Positions 42,389 through 53,866 of a DNA stretch of 64,000 nt are shown piece by piece. Within the stretch, counting starts at the first letter, position 1; each line of letters starts with the position of its first letter. The notes beneath the pieces are model-generated. The model made no database searches. It was not told the DNA's origin and worked only from the letters and a program-made list of their open reading frames with translations. Source of the DNA: Paramoeba atlantica. Its lineage: Eukaryota > Protista > Discosea. The stretch lies in the NCBI GenBank assembly GCA_977017575.1, contig CDRNVI010000003.1, positions 248,001 through 312,000 on the forward strand, given 5' to 3'. The position numbers were made by a program, and so were the translations under genes.

Positions 42389-44434
42389 TCAGAGATGGTG
42401 CATGTTACACTCCCAACCTCCAGGGGAAAGAAAGTGACTTAGAGTGCAAGAAACTCCAGAATGCAAAGAGGAATAGTCATTCTCAGCAATGGAGAATTTG
42501 GCATCATGTTCAAATTCACTGCTAACAAAGAGGGTCTTTGGTGTGAACCATTTTTGAGTGACTTCATCGTTTTCCCTGAAACCTGCGTAAAAACGAATGA
42601 ACACTGCTCGTGAGACGTCGTCTCTTTGTAAAGCTTTTCGAGTTAGTGGAGTCAGTTGATTCCACACCTTTGTAGCATCACCTCCACTGTTTGATCGATA
42701 ACCTAAAAGCACTAGCAAACGTAGAACCTCAACAACAGCTTTTTGAGTCACCACTTCTCTCGGAACGCTCAAGAAAAGACGCACACCTTTTGGATCACAA
42801 GACTGAGCATATAATGTTAGAAGGCTTTCTAACTGAGTACTTGTGAGATTGTATCCAGCCGTCTGAATTTTCTTTAGTATGTCTTCCGCCCAGCGGAGAC
42901 TTTCCAAGACGTAACCAGAAATAGTGCTGCGCTGCTCCAACCACCGGAACACAATATCTGTAAGGAATCGATCCTTTATATTCAACTCTGTGCTGTAGAA
43001 AAAAGGCATAAGTTCGTCATCCGGGTGATGTGATAATAATATAGCTCGGTATCGGGCGGTGTGATAGCTCATGTCCCCTAAAAAAGACAGATTCGATCGG
43101 CAATGCTCCTCGAGCTCTCGAAACGCATCCGAATTGCGTTGTTGTGCTGCGGCATGGAGCGAACTTTTCAGAATATCGCGTTTATAGTTCGCTGATAAGG
43201 GAAGCGTAAGGAGTTCGGCTCCCATTTGTAGACTGCTTTTATGATTTAGGTTACTCAAAGCAAGAACAAGAGCAAAAACAACTTCTATGTTGTATGGTTT
43301 AGCATGCTTTGAAGCATAATGGCTCCAGTATTCTAGAGCTTGTAGAATCATAGTGTCAGTAGAAACGAACATTTCTTGTCGATTTTGTGTCCCACAAGAG
43401 TTCAAGAAAATCACATAGCCAGCATCAGAAAGAGCGCTAGGAAAATCAATAAATACATGTCTCCAAATATGGCGCAAACCGAAGAATCGACAACGGTAGT
43501 ACAGGCCTGCGCGTTTAATGATGGGAATGATTCTGTTACTATCATAAAAGGAATCTCGATCTCCGTTAAATTCACAAAGTGCAGAGGAAACAAATGAATC
43601 GAAAACCTGTTCCGTATTTCGTATCTCTTGTTGAGCAGTTGCAACGTGCCCCGTTCCAGTCACGCTAGCTAAATGCGTATGCGCCCGAATAAGAGGGACA
43701 CACTGCTCGAGACTAGCCAAAACAAGAAAATCGAGCGGAACCGTGAGACCTGGTCCTTTCTCATAAATTGTGACAAACTCTCTCCACATCTCAATCGAGT
43801 GAGCCCCCGCGGCCATTGCAACTTCGATTGCTAGTGGACTGTTATCCTCCTTGGGCCATTCTGAGTTTTCTCGATACCAAGACGCGAAGGTATCCCATCT
43901 ACTGGTGCCCAGTTTTAGCTTTCTCGCCCATTCTAGCACGACTGATAGTCCCGTAGCAGTAAACATGCCAATCTCCGTTTTTCCTCTTGAAGAAAGTAGC
44001 AGTTGAAAGGCTCGCGGGCTGCGGTGGGATTGTGCGAGATCCTGGCGGAAGCTATGAGCGCGGTCACTCGTATGACTTTCCCAAACATCTTTTATTTTTG
44101 TCATATCAATGATGGTATCAAGGGAACTTTGAAGAGACGGATCAATAAGAGCTGCCAGTGGCTGTAGTGTCTCATCCACTTTAGTTGTTGATAAGCCATC
44201 TGATTGGACCTTACTCGTATGAGCTATGCTCCCGTGATTCATTCTCCTCGTAATGCAAAAAGTGGAATGTAATTCGTAGTGATAATACGACTTCCCAAAG
44301 AACCGGCACAACATTCTAACGCGAATTTCTGATGAGTGCGCAAACGCTTCTGAACATGTGCTTAGAGGTTTTATGAGCTCACAGAAAATTAAGCCATACT
44401 GAAAATATTTAGACGCAGTCCTAGAGTACTGCAA
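42389..44434 (-). CDS. Hypothetical helical-repeat-like protein, possibly mitochondrial
   Basis: 681-aa ORF (TTG call; first ATG MLCRFFG near 44315). Leu/Ala-rich and helical; no family recognised with certainty. Confidence 0.65.
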   Translation of the reverse strand: MQYSRTASKYFQYGLIFCELIKPLSTCSEAFAHSSEIRVRMLCRFFGKSYYHYELHSTFCITRRMNHGSIAHTSKVQSDGLSTTKVDETLQPLAALIDPSLQSSLDTIIDMTKIKDVWESHTSDRAHSFRQDLAQSHRSPRAFQLLLSSRGKTEIGMFTATGLSVVLEWARKLKLGTSRWDTFASWYRENSEWPKEDNSPLAIEVAMAAGAHSIEMWREFVTIYEKGPGLTVPLDFLVLASLEQCVPLIRAHTHLASVTGTGHVATAQQEIRNTEQVFDSFVSSALCEFNGDRDSFYDSNRIIPIIKRAGLYYRCRFFGLRHIWRHVFIDFPSALSDAGYVIFLNSCGTQNRQEMFVSTDTMILQALEYWSHYASKHAKPYNIEVVFALVLALSNLNHKSSLQMGAELLTLPLSANYKRDILKSSLHAAAQQRNSDAFRELEEHCRSNLSFLGDMSYHTARYRAILLSHHPDDELMPFFYSTELNIKDRFLTDIVFRWLEQRSTISGYVLESLRWAEDILKKIQTAGYNLTSTQLESLLTLYAQSCDPKGVRLFLSVPREVVTQKAVVEVLRLLVLLGYRSNSGGDATKVWNQLTPLTRKALQRDDVSRAVFIRFYAGFRENDEVTQKWFTPKTLFVSSEFEHDAKFSIAENDYSSLHSGVSCTLSHFLSPGGWECNMHHL

Positions 44435-44869
44435 TGTCGTAAAGTAATTTTTTAGTACACTGAGTACCCAGAAAAGATCCGATTCTTATATTTTTGCAGG
44501 TGTTGAATACATAAAGGGTGTATGTGGCTCGTCTATTGTTGGCAACTTTCTTTGCCAACGAAGGAAAGAGAGTCATTTTTGAGCCTCATTTAAGAAACAA
44601 CAAACCGCTAAGACTTTTGATCGACTGTTGCAGCGTACTAGTCAGTATAGTATGCACTATATTATTACTGTAGTATACAGTGTATGCATTCTTCCACTCG
44701 AGGTTTAGTAAGTATAGTAGGTATAGTATAATAATAGATTTTGTAGATTTTCAAACCCTTGCAATATAGAATATAGAGATCACAATATCTCGAATAGTTT
44801 TTTTCGTGCATTGTTTACATCTGGAAATTTCCTCCGTCCAATAAGCATTCCTCCTTCCAATAAGCCATC

Positions 44870-45362
44870 ACAAATTATGTTACAACTTCGAGTACGAAAA
44901 GCATCCGAAGTTCGCGATCTTTTGGGACAAATTCCAGGAAACTAAAGACCTGGTTCCTTCAGTAATGGCTGCTTGCAGGAACAAGACACTCAACGTTCCG
45001 AAGTGTGCATTTTTTGAAGTGAGCGAAGGGCAACTCGATATACCACGTTATCGATTGAAGGCACTCCTGTACTATTGTGGGTACAATTTTGTTGCCAAAG
45101 ATCTAACCCTCTCACTTTAACCTACAAAGCAGGAAGCACGAGTAGAATTTTGTACCGCAATGTTGCAAGAAAATGTAGAGAGTAGTGGTTCGTTTTTTTA
45201 GTGTCTTGTTTTTTCCGACGAAGCGTGGATGGAAGCGGGAGATTGATCAAGGCGTGCGTGGCAAAGCGAGCACGACCGTATTCCCATGTCACGGACTCAG
45301 CATCCTAGAAAGCTTATGATATGGGGTGCCATAAATTAGCAAGGAGCAGTTTTAAGGCATAG
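44870..45362 (+). pseudogene. Decayed Tc1 transposase remnant
   Basis: CGYNFVAKDLTLSL*PTKQEARVEFC..FF*CLVFSDEAW..QHPRKLMIWGAIN*. Confidence 0.75.
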
Positions 45363-45364
45363 GT

Positions 45365-46070
45365 CCGATTTTTCTACGTTTTATGCCGAAGAAGCCACTC
45401 GTTTACTACCAGAAGCCACTCGTTTACTAGAAAGACGAGAACGGTTTCCAAAGGAGGCTCCTGGAAAGGAAAGGCTCCTGGAAAGCCTAGGAAAACGGAA
45501 GGATTTGAAAAATAGCTGATTTTTAGGTAAAAATGCGGACGTTTTGCATATTTTTGCTCTCGAAGCACTAAACGTCCGAAATAGGGGGTAGTCGGGTATT
45601 TGTACCAAAAGTTGGATTATTCTCGATCTTTTCGTGAATTTTCTTTTTTAGTCTCTTCGTTAAACGCGGCAGCAGTCGTGGCTTCCAAGAGGGTTGAAAC
45701 TGGATGGGAGTGCCTGGGAACGCACCTCTGCGTGCTGATAGCGCACCTTATATTTTTTACAGGTCAGCACTATGATATAATAGACTTCACCTATACCAAG
45801 CAGACCAAAGTAGTACATCTTCGGAGGTCCATTGAGTATTCCAAGCGTTGAAATATAAGTTGAAACGTTTTAGAAAGTCACGAAAAAGGTTTTTTGAGCA
45901 GAAAAAAAAATCTCAAAAAAATAGATTTTTAACCTACATTTATGGTGCCGGTTACCCAATGTGGTTTTCTGCACCAATTTTGATGTCAAAAAATACATGT
46001 GTGATCGTTTTCCATTTTCTCGATTTTTGGACTTTGGGGAAGGATAGGGGGCGGTAGAGTACTGTTCGCA
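45365..46070. repeat. Cluster of degenerate MITE-like fragments with short direct repeats
   Basis: GAAGCCACTCGTTTACTA x2, GGCTCCTGGAAAG x2, partial arm of the 2192 palindrome (CTCTTCGTTAAACGCGG) near 45650. Confidence 0.5.
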
Positions 46071-46160
46071 CGAGAAAAAAGGCATACTTAAAAAATTTGG
46101 TCAAAAAAAGAAGCCTAGATGCAAAAAAGCACATGGACAACCGCGCTATATCTCCCGTTC

Positions 46161-47609
46161 TTACCAGTCTGATACAACGTGCGTGGAGCAATGACTGATC
46201 TGTTGGTCCTTTGAAGAAATTTTACCCTTTTGCATACAAGCATCGTGACAGCTATTGCACACTGTTCCACACTCCTCACATAACCAAATGGGACGCTCTA
46301 CTTCGCAAATCACACACGGCTCAAACGTCTCCTCCTTTGGAGCCCGCATGATACGAGGTTCAACGAATTCGTTATACGCTCGCATGCGCCAGTTATCCAC
46401 CTGCTCCAGCGGACCTCTAAGATCCATTTCTTTCGTTTTCTTCAAAATGCAAGTGGCATCGGCACGTGACACCACACTGGGATCCATGCGCATGAAGCGA
46501 TACAGATCAGCAATTTGTGCTGTGCCACATTTCAGCAGTTGTGGCCGCAGATGGGTTGCCAATGCCGTAGCAAAGCGCAAGAGAAATGAGAACCCTTCCA
46601 GAACAAAGTGTTCCAAGAAATCGTACATGAGATCAAAATCAAGAACGTGGACTGTCAGTCCGCTAAAAAGCTTTTGAAGATAGGTCTCTGGCATAAACCC
46701 TACCTCCTTAAAATGAGAATAGAGCTCAGGATCCACCTCTTGCAGAAGAAATTCCCAAGTGTAGGCACTGGTAGCAAAACCGACTGCCTCCGCCGCCCAA
46801 TGTCCCGGAATATACTCCTTATGCACGCGTCTCACCAAACTCGCCGCCTCCTGCTCCTCCAGCGTCAGTAACAAAATCCCCGCAAAATACGACATCGCCT
46901 GCCCGTAGCTTCCCATTTCCAACCACAGACTATGCAAAAACGTACTCAGTCGTTTCCGGTGAGCCTCACCATAAAACGTACGCACACAGTCATTCCAAAT
47001 AATCCGAGGCACATCCTTATCCAGCTGCGATGTCGGGATCGGAACCAACGACAGCGGGGAGGCATACAATGGACCGACCCGGGAGACCCAGGATTGCGTA
47101 CGTGCCGTGAGCTCCGGCAGATTACGCTGTAGCCACTCCCCGCTGTGGAGCGTAAACAACGGGGCGTTGCCCAACACCTCGGTGTGAACAAACTGAGGGG
47201 AATGGAGAAGTGGGCCGGAAGAATAAATCGTAGAAAATGGCAAATTTTTTGAGGCGCTCGGGGGACACAGCGAAGAAAGTGCGGCGTCTACATCCCAGTC
47301 ATGGGAGAGCAGAGCGGACCAACATGCACGTTCCGGTTCCTGGGAGCGGCAGTGAAGTTCGTGTACACGGCAGTAGGCTTCGGTAAGGAGTTGGTTGGTG
47401 TGTGACTCGGGGTGTTGGCGTTGTGTGGGGTCATGACATGCTGTGGGAAGTCGGTGAAGATTTTGGACAAAACGACAAAGGCTGTACGTACGTGACCAGG
47501 ATGAGTTTTCAAGGCATGTGCGGGCGCAGGATTCCGTCAGACCTGTATGTTGCTGAAGCCATGAAACAGCTTCTAGAGAGTTTGGCGTGCTGTCAGGGGT
47601 GGGAATCAT
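46161..47609 (-). CDS. TBC-domain Rab-GAP with N-terminal UBA-like repeats and C-terminal B-box-like zinc finger
   Basis: IIWNDCVRTF and YGQAMSY (TBC fingers). LENSSWSRTY and LLSHDWDVDAAL (UBA-like). CVIC..CEECGTVCNSCH..H. Confidence 0.85.
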   Translation of the reverse strand: MIPTPDSTPNSLEAVSWLQQHTGLTESCARTCLENSSWSRTYSLCRFVQNLHRLPTACHDPTQRQHPESHTNQLLTEAYCRVHELHCRSQEPERACWSALLSHDWDVDAALSSLCPPSASKNLPFSTIYSSGPLLHSPQFVHTEVLGNAPLFTLHSGEWLQRNLPELTARTQSWVSRVGPLYASPLSLVPIPTSQLDKDVPRIIWNDCVRTFYGEAHRKRLSTFLHSLWLEMGSYGQAMSYFAGILLLTLEEQEAASLVRRVHKEYIPGHWAAEAVGFATSAYTWEFLLQEVDPELYSHFKEVGFMPETYLQKLFSGLTVHVLDFDLMYDFLEHFVLEGFSFLLRFATALATHLRPQLLKCGTAQIADLYRFMRMDPSVVSRADATCILKKTKEMDLRGPLEQVDNWRMRAYNEFVEPRIMRAPKEETFEPCVICEVERPIWLCEECGTVCNSCHDACMQKGKISSKDQQISHCSTHVVSDW

Positions 47610-47797
47610 TCGAATGTGAGTAGCAGTGAAGAAAAAAGTAGTTCAAAGATGAATTAAATATAGGATAAAATAATAAATGCGAATGTATACTGACCGTAAA
47701 TACTACTATTCTACTGTACGTAATACTCTATGATGCGGTACTGAGTACGTTACGTATTTAGGTCCAAAGTGAATCTCATGTCCCAGTGGTGTATACG

Positions 47798-49087
47798 TTA
47801 CTCTCTAGAATTGTCACGCACGAATGGCAAAATAGGACTACAGAGTGACCCCAAAAATATTATGACCAAACTAATGAGGAGCTGTAGCGAGGTCTGACAT
47901 GTTGGAGGGTATACATTTAGTGATGCCTCTATCAAAACTACAGATGATAAGGACAAAATTATCATTTTAGGTGGACTGTGTAGTGATAAATAGAGAAGTT
48001 GATGAAAAAACCAACTGTAAAATTGGTAATGAAGACTCCTTGCAAAAATTACTCCAACAAGATGAAATTCAAAGAACATTCGAATTAGTTCAGACTTTGC
48101 ACGTACGACTTTCGTCTGCTTTGACTTCTTCCTCAAAATTCTACTCCATCGGTAGGTTAAACCTGCCCAAGCAACTAGCGTACAAATTATCAAGAAGAAA
48201 TCCTTCCTTTGTGAATAAAACAAAGACTCAGACCAAAATTGGCCATTGATGCTCCACTTTTGCTGGAAAGTGCGAGAAAAGTCAAATGCTTGAATAAAGT
48301 AAATTCTAGGTGATGTCAAAAGAAAAGGAGCAGCTAGTAAGAGTTGGACAATTCCCATTAGAAAAAGATTTAGAGTAACACCATAAAAGTGTTGATTCGA
48401 CAAGAGTGTTAATAAAACAGCGGGAGCATAAAGCAACGCACTCATTTTAATAGACAGGGCTAGGCTATAAAACAAGGACCCCAGTACCCATTGTCTCTTC
48501 GTCCACAATAAAATTGCGATGTAAATAAAAATGACGGAAAAAGGATCATTGAACATGCGTAAAAGATAAATGCTATGCAAGCGACGCGAGCAAGAAAGAA
48601 GGATAACCGTGAAGGGAAGTATTACTGAAAGATAATTCGCTTTTCTTTTTATTGAATTCCTGTGTTGCAAAAGGCCTGTTGCATATAAATACCCTCGGGT
48701 GGAAAAGAGTTCCGCGTAGAGCGCGAGAACAATGCGGCATGTAATCCAGTACAACACTGCGAATATGGTTTGAGCACAGCGAATATTTCTACCTTCATTA
48801 GTGATGTAATACATAGCTGTAAAAATGTAAATATGCCCCGCGGGATACACTGCGGGACCAGTGCTTCCCTTCAGTGAATCGTACTGAAAAGGATGTGACC
48901 CTTTTACAAAGGCTATAACCTGCTCCATGTACGTTCTCCAGTCAATCTCTGTGTAAGAAGCAAAGCTCAGAATAAATACGAGGAAAATTGCCTCCAAGAG
49001 GAGCACAGCCCGAGAGATGTTCCGAAATGCGTGCTTTGGTGTCATGAATGCGTCCCCTTTTGTGAGAATGCACGAGAGTAGGTGCAT
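47798..49087 (-). CDS. ALG3: Dol-P-Man alpha-1,3-mannosyltransferase
   Basis: YTEIDWRTYMEQV, GPAVYPAGH, RLHSIYLLRMFND, SIKMSALLYAP, FARSLHYQFYSW. Confidence 0.95.
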   Translation of the reverse strand: MHLLSCILTKGDAFMTPKHAFRNISRAVLLLEAIFLVFILSFASYTEIDWRTYMEQVIAFVKGSHPFQYDSLKGSTGPAVYPAGHIYIFTAMYYITNEGRNIRCAQTIFAVLYWITCRIVLALYAELFSTRGYLYATGLLQHRNSIKRKANYLSVILPFTVILLSCSRRLHSIYLLRMFNDPFSVIFIYIAILLWTKRQWVLGSLFYSLALSIKMSALLYAPAVLLTLLSNQHFYGVTLNLFLMGIVQLLLAAPFLLTSPRIYFIQAFDFSRTFQQKWSINGQFWSESLFYSQRKDFFLIICTLVAWAGLTYRWSRILRKKSKQTKVVRAKSELIRMFFEFHLVGVIFARSLHYQFYSWFFHQLLYLSLHSPPKMIILSLSSVVLIEASLNVYPPTCQTSLQLLISLVIIFLGSLCSPILPFVRDNSRE

Positions 49088-49485
49088 AAACTCACGTTTG
49101 TATAAGCACGAAAGTGATGGAATGAATGCAATGTAGGAATAAAATTCAGTAGAAAACTCTTTAGCACAAGGATGTTTAAATAACCTATCAATGTCAATAA
49201 AGGCTCAATTTATAATCGAATTTATGAAATCGAGCTAAAGCACATAGCTCAAGTACATTAGTAAAAATCAGTGATGCCATGTCTTCAATTGAAGTGATTT
49301 TCATTCGGGCACTTTAGACAAAGTCATTACATCGCGTCCTCAGTATTTCTGACGAACCACCATTCCATAAGAATATCGCTGTCCTACAGTGGCGAAAATA
49401 AGTCTATAATTAATTAATTCTCAATAATTATGAACTACTTTCACGAAAAGTAGTGGCAGATATCTAGGCGGCGTAGGGGTGTGAA

Positions 49486-49547
49486 AGCTCAAACGGAAAT
49501 TTTGCTGAAAAGTTAAGGGGGGAGTGCCTTATTGGTGTCTAGGGGTT
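49486..49547 (+). repeat. Solo 3' end/TIR of the Tc1 A family
   Basis: AGCTCAAACGGA..CTGAAAAGTTAAGGG..GTGCCTTATTGGTG..GGGGTT matches 2095-2154. Confidence 0.75.
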
Positions 49548-49555
49548 CATGCTCT

Positions 49556-51706
49556 TTAGACCAAATTTACTTTTCTGAGATTGTCCAAATAACTCTGAAA
49601 CCATAGAGGAAGAGACAGTTCGAAGATGAGAGGACCCTCGATATCATCAGAGTGAGAAAAGCATAACTCTGAGGCGTGCAAGAAAATGTGTCCGATAGGG
49701 GCAACGGGAGTGGCCACCCCTGAACCACCGTACATGATATCTCCAAGTATCGGGATTCCAAGACCTGCGAGTTGAGCGCGTATTTGGTGTTTCTTTCCAG
49801 TGTCTAACTCACAACGAAGGAATAAGCAACTCGCCCGTGGAAACGTTTCTATAACATGATATCTTGCAAAAGCTGTGGATTCCTCAACATCCGTGGAAGA
49901 CACTTGTATTCTTTGGCTTCTCTCGCCTGCAAATCCATGCGTTGAATGAATGACTCCTGTCGTAGGAAACTGACTGGAAATGTTTTCATGACAAGTCGAA
50001 ACTACATGTACATTACGATTTGCTTTGGAAAAACTCGCCTCCATTTGTATGCAAAGGCATAAATATGCACGCCGGACTTGACACCTTAAAAATTGATTGC
50101 TCAAAGAATAGAAACTTTTAGGTTGCTTCGCAAGTATCACCAATCCTGACGTGACGCCATCGATGCGATGCACTACTCCCCAACGAGGTAACAGCCGGAT
50201 GTCAGACCGAAAGGATGCGATAATGTTCACCACAGACGGCTTTGATTGACCAATAAAATTTACAACGTCGAGCGCGTTGGGCTTCGCAAGGACCATAAGT
50301 TCAGAATCCTCGTAAATAATGGTGAGAGTCATTTCAAAATCTTTTGAAAAACCCATAGATCGTCTATCTACGGCAGATTGGCGTCGTGAAAGAATAGCTT
50401 TACTTAGAAATGCCGAATTCTGCTTGTTGAACAAGCTTGGAGACTGAGACTCTTGTACATGTTTATTAGATTGAGAAATAACGCTCACGGCAATATGACA
50501 ATGAAACTGTAGTAGGTCTCCCGAGGAAACTGAAACGTCATCTGCATGTGAACATCTTCGATCATTAACATAAAAATCCTGAAGTGCAGGAGGTGGAAAA
50601 TTCAATTTTGACAGCAAAATGCTCTCTCCGGTGTCCAGTTTTATCATAAAACGTAACGTGACTATTGTGGCACTGTCCATGTCCAAGACGAAACCAGGAG
50701 TGAACACCTTACCCAGAATTTCAACAATGTCCTTTGCTCGACACGAAAATGGCGTGCTCTGCATATACCTGGAGGCTTTCTTCACCAAACCACTACTAAG
50801 AAACATAGTAACTAGCTGATTAACTTGCATCTCATTTGTTTCATTAGACAATGCGTGAGCTAGAGCTGGCGCAACAGTGAAAAATCCAGGAAGATGAAAG
50901 AGCAGGGTAACAAGCTGCGACCATGATCGAACGTCTTTTACTGTGGCCTTTGTACGAGTTGATAGAAAAGCGAGCGCTTCATTCCATCGAACAGTTCTAG
51001 GAGTTCCGATCGATACATTTTGCATGTATTCACTTAAAAGCGGAGCAACGATATGCCACCGTCCCGATACAGGAGCAGCATTCGCTATGGCTGTGATTAA
51101 TACTAAGGTAGACTTTAACCGCGTTCTATGAATACAAAACGTAGTCCAAACATATCGGTACAACTGCGCATTTATCGACCTGATAAAATTCACATCTTGT
51201 GATACAGAAAAAGGTGAGGAACGTGAGGAGTGCCCAGTAGCGCATGTATATTTTACGGATGCCTGTATTTTTTCTGTTAAACTAAACAAAGCTGTCCAAA
51301 AAAAGGGATCTTGAATAGCTATGCAGTGTGCGAAACGTTTGAGTGTGCCAAGCCAACTTCCTGGACAACATTGCAGCAACATAAGCAATGTATGCACGTT
51401 TCCTATCTTTGGCGAACGTTTTAAGACATTCTTTGCCACAGTCCGCATCCCATTCCATTTGTCTGATTGGGGGCAATGAAGCCTTTTGATGCACGAAAGC
51501 AACGTGTTCAGAGAATAGGTTTGTGATACTAATGATGTAATAGAAGATATTGATGTGATAAAAAGTAATCCCTGAGAACGAGAGAATACATTTGCTTCTA
51601 GCTGCGAAACGCTCTTGATGATGGACTGACCAATCAGTCTTTCACATTTTACGCTTGAAGTACTATCTGTCAAGACTTGTAGGGCTGTTCGCCATGGTGT
51701 CCCCAT
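49556..51706 (-). CDS. RluA-family pseudouridine synthase with long N-terminal extension
   Basis: IIYEDSELMVLAKPN, VVHRIDGVTSGL (catalytic Asp), TGKKHQIR, PILGDIMYG, IFLHASEL. Confidence 0.9.
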   Translation of the reverse strand: MGTPWRTALQVLTDSTSSVKCERLIGQSIIKSVSQLEANVFSRSQGLLFITSISSITSLVSQTYSLNTLLSCIKRLHCPQSDKWNGMRTVAKNVLKRSPKIGNVHTLLMLLQCCPGSWLGTLKRFAHCIAIQDPFFWTALFSLTEKIQASVKYTCATGHSSRSSPFSVSQDVNFIRSINAQLYRYVWTTFCIHRTRLKSTLVLITAIANAAPVSGRWHIVAPLLSEYMQNVSIGTPRTVRWNEALAFLSTRTKATVKDVRSWSQLVTLLFHLPGFFTVAPALAHALSNETNEMQVNQLVTMFLSSGLVKKASRYMQSTPFSCRAKDIVEILGKVFTPGFVLDMDSATIVTLRFMIKLDTGESILLSKLNFPPPALQDFYVNDRRCSHADDVSVSSGDLLQFHCHIAVSVISQSNKHVQESQSPSLFNKQNSAFLSKAILSRRQSAVDRRSMGFSKDFEMTLTIIYEDSELMVLAKPNALDVVNFIGQSKPSVVNIIASFRSDIRLLPRWGVVHRIDGVTSGLVILAKQPKSFYSLSNQFLRCQVRRAYLCLCIQMEASFSKANRNVHVVSTCHENISSQFPTTGVIHSTHGFAGERSQRIQVSSTDVEESTAFARYHVIETFPRASCLFLRCELDTGKKHQIRAQLAGLGIPILGDIMYGGSGVATPVAPIGHIFLHASELCFSHSDDIEGPLIFELSLPLWFQSYLDNLRKVNLV

Positions 51707-52152
51707 TTCTCTAAGCCCATTTAACGGACGCGATTAACCTTTTATGCACCACTCAGCAGCACTGCATTATACATGTACCACAAGAACAGAATGCTTTCAC
51801 ACGTCGATCAAGGAGTTATCTATTAGATTGCCAAAAATGTAGAAATAACTTTATAACGCCTAGCAAAACACTGTACAGCGCAGAAATAATTCATAGCAGG
51901 AATAACTTATATGGCTAAACAACTTTGTTTCTCTTTAGGTAAGTAGTATGTTAAATATAATATTTTAGCCATGGGCTACTCTGAATAGTTTGGAGGCGCT
52001 CAGTACTACATATTGGTATCCTATACGTTTGTATAATGTGCCTCACTTAGTAAATAGTAAAAAGGAATCTATCCATAATAGTTCCTTGAATTCTGTTATA
52101 TACACGCAACGTGTGGTTCTAAATAAATTCACAAATATGATTTCACCTAAAA

Positions 52153-52593
52153 TCAGCGCTTGCAACATCGATAAATAGCTACACTTACTGCGAAAAATGC
52201 GCATAAAATGCATGCTCTCCTAATAAATACCTTTTGACGTATCTGCTTTTCTTTACCTTTATCACTTGGTTCTTCTGATTCGTGTATTGGCCCCTTCGTG
52301 ATTCGGTCGTCCTTTTTAGTGCTATCTAAATCGCTTTTTCCTTCCCCGCTAATCAAGTTTCCTACGCAGTATTGTTCCATGAGTTTCATGGCATCCGAAC
52401 TATGACCAACATAATCAAACTCAGCAGTGGCATCTTCTCCAGCAGTTTCAAGCAGAGGGTCTCGGCCTCCCGGATGACTATCCAAAAACGAAGTTACGTC
52501 GTAGACCTTGTTGTGAACTGCAAAAACAACCTTTTCATTTTTGCCATTCAAGGCCTTGACATCTAGCAGCGTATAGTTGGTGGACGAAGTCAT
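52153..52593 (-). CDS. Cytochrome b5 (tail-anchored)
   Basis: VYDVTSFLDSHPGG, EDATAEFDYVGHS, C-terminal hydrophobic helix. Confidence 0.95.
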   Translation of the reverse strand: MTSSTNYTLLDVKALNGKNEKVVFAVHNKVYDVTSFLDSHPGGRDPLLETAGEDATAEFDYVGHSSDAMKLMEQYCVGNLISGEGKSDLDSTKKDDRITKGPIHESEEPSDKGKEKQIRQKVFIRRACILCAFFAVSVAIYRCCKR

Positions 52594-52822
52594 GAGGAAG
52601 AATGCAAAATAATCTGAAAAGCATATTAATTCTCTATTGAAGGAGTAAGATTTGTCAAAAATAACACACCACCTCTAAATTATCAGCGAAAACTACATTT
52701 GCGACAAAAAAATCCTGCGCTACTCATTTTAGACCCCCCGCAAATTGAATGCTCAAGTATATCCTGAAAGAATAAAATACGGATTCGTATTTTAAAAAAT
52801 TCAAAATTTAAGCACCAAATCA

Positions 52823-53633
52823 CTATAATAATGATTGAACGTCCAAATAAACTCCACGAGGAAAAATCCCAGGAGGGGTGTATCCCGTAAAATTATTTTT
52901 GCCAAGGTAAACTTTTAGAAGACGTGGGTCCCGCCGTCTTCCACCCATACGTTTTACAGGGGGCGGCGATGGACCGTATTCGCTAAGATTCTCTCCGTTC
53001 CTTTCATGCATCCAACTGAGATCCACGGTTCCACAAAAATTATTGCACTGTAGGTCGAGTCGACGCAGCGGTTTTGGGAGGTTACCGGTCAATTCAATAT
53101 TACCAGTCAATAGATTCGATGAAAGATCGAGGAAACTCATGTTTAAGGGTAATGTGTTGAGATCAACAGTCCCATCGAATTGATTATCCGACAAACTCAG
53201 ATAGTTCATATCAGGGGGAAGCGAGCTTAACAATGGGCCCGATGTGTTGGTTGCTTTGTATATCCAAACTTTGCAATTCTGAGGGGAGATATGCAAGATC
53301 AATACCACCTCTGAGCTTTTGATGAGCCGCACGTACAAGTTGTACGGTTTGGGGAAGATGAACCCACGAAAGATTACCTTCCATAGTATAGTGAGGCAGG
53401 TAACTCCATTCCAGATAGCGCACTATTTGATTCTCATCACATGCCGTTCCTTTCCACGTACAGGGTGAAACGTTCAGAGTGCGGAAGAAGCTACGTTTTG
53501 TCAATCGCCATGTTGGGTGGCGACTCTTCAAGTTTTCCGTGAATTGCCATAGCGCAGCCTCTTGCGGAAGGAGAGATGCATCGACACGTCCCCGGCGTAG
53601 ATCAGAGCCATCATCAAGACTTCTTACAAACAT
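52823..53633 (-). pseudogene. LRR family frameshifted copy (member 8)
   Basis: Tandem paralog of 53867-54661. 2-nt deletion near 53232 (TTAACAATGGG versus TTAACACAATGGG) splits the frame. Confidence 0.82.
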
Positions 53634-53866
53634 GTAAGAACAATAAGGAAAGTCAAAAGATTACGGTTATAATAGTAGATTACGGGTTAGAATTTACATA
53701 ATACGTTGATGTCTATGATAATATTAGCTTCTATTACTGTTGGATTTATGCTACGTTTAGTTAACAAAAAGAACGTGTGCGTCAGAATGAGATTTGTATG
53801 AAAGTGTAATTTGATTGATGAATAAAAGGATCACCTAAAGACCAATCAAATTCGATTTTATAAATT

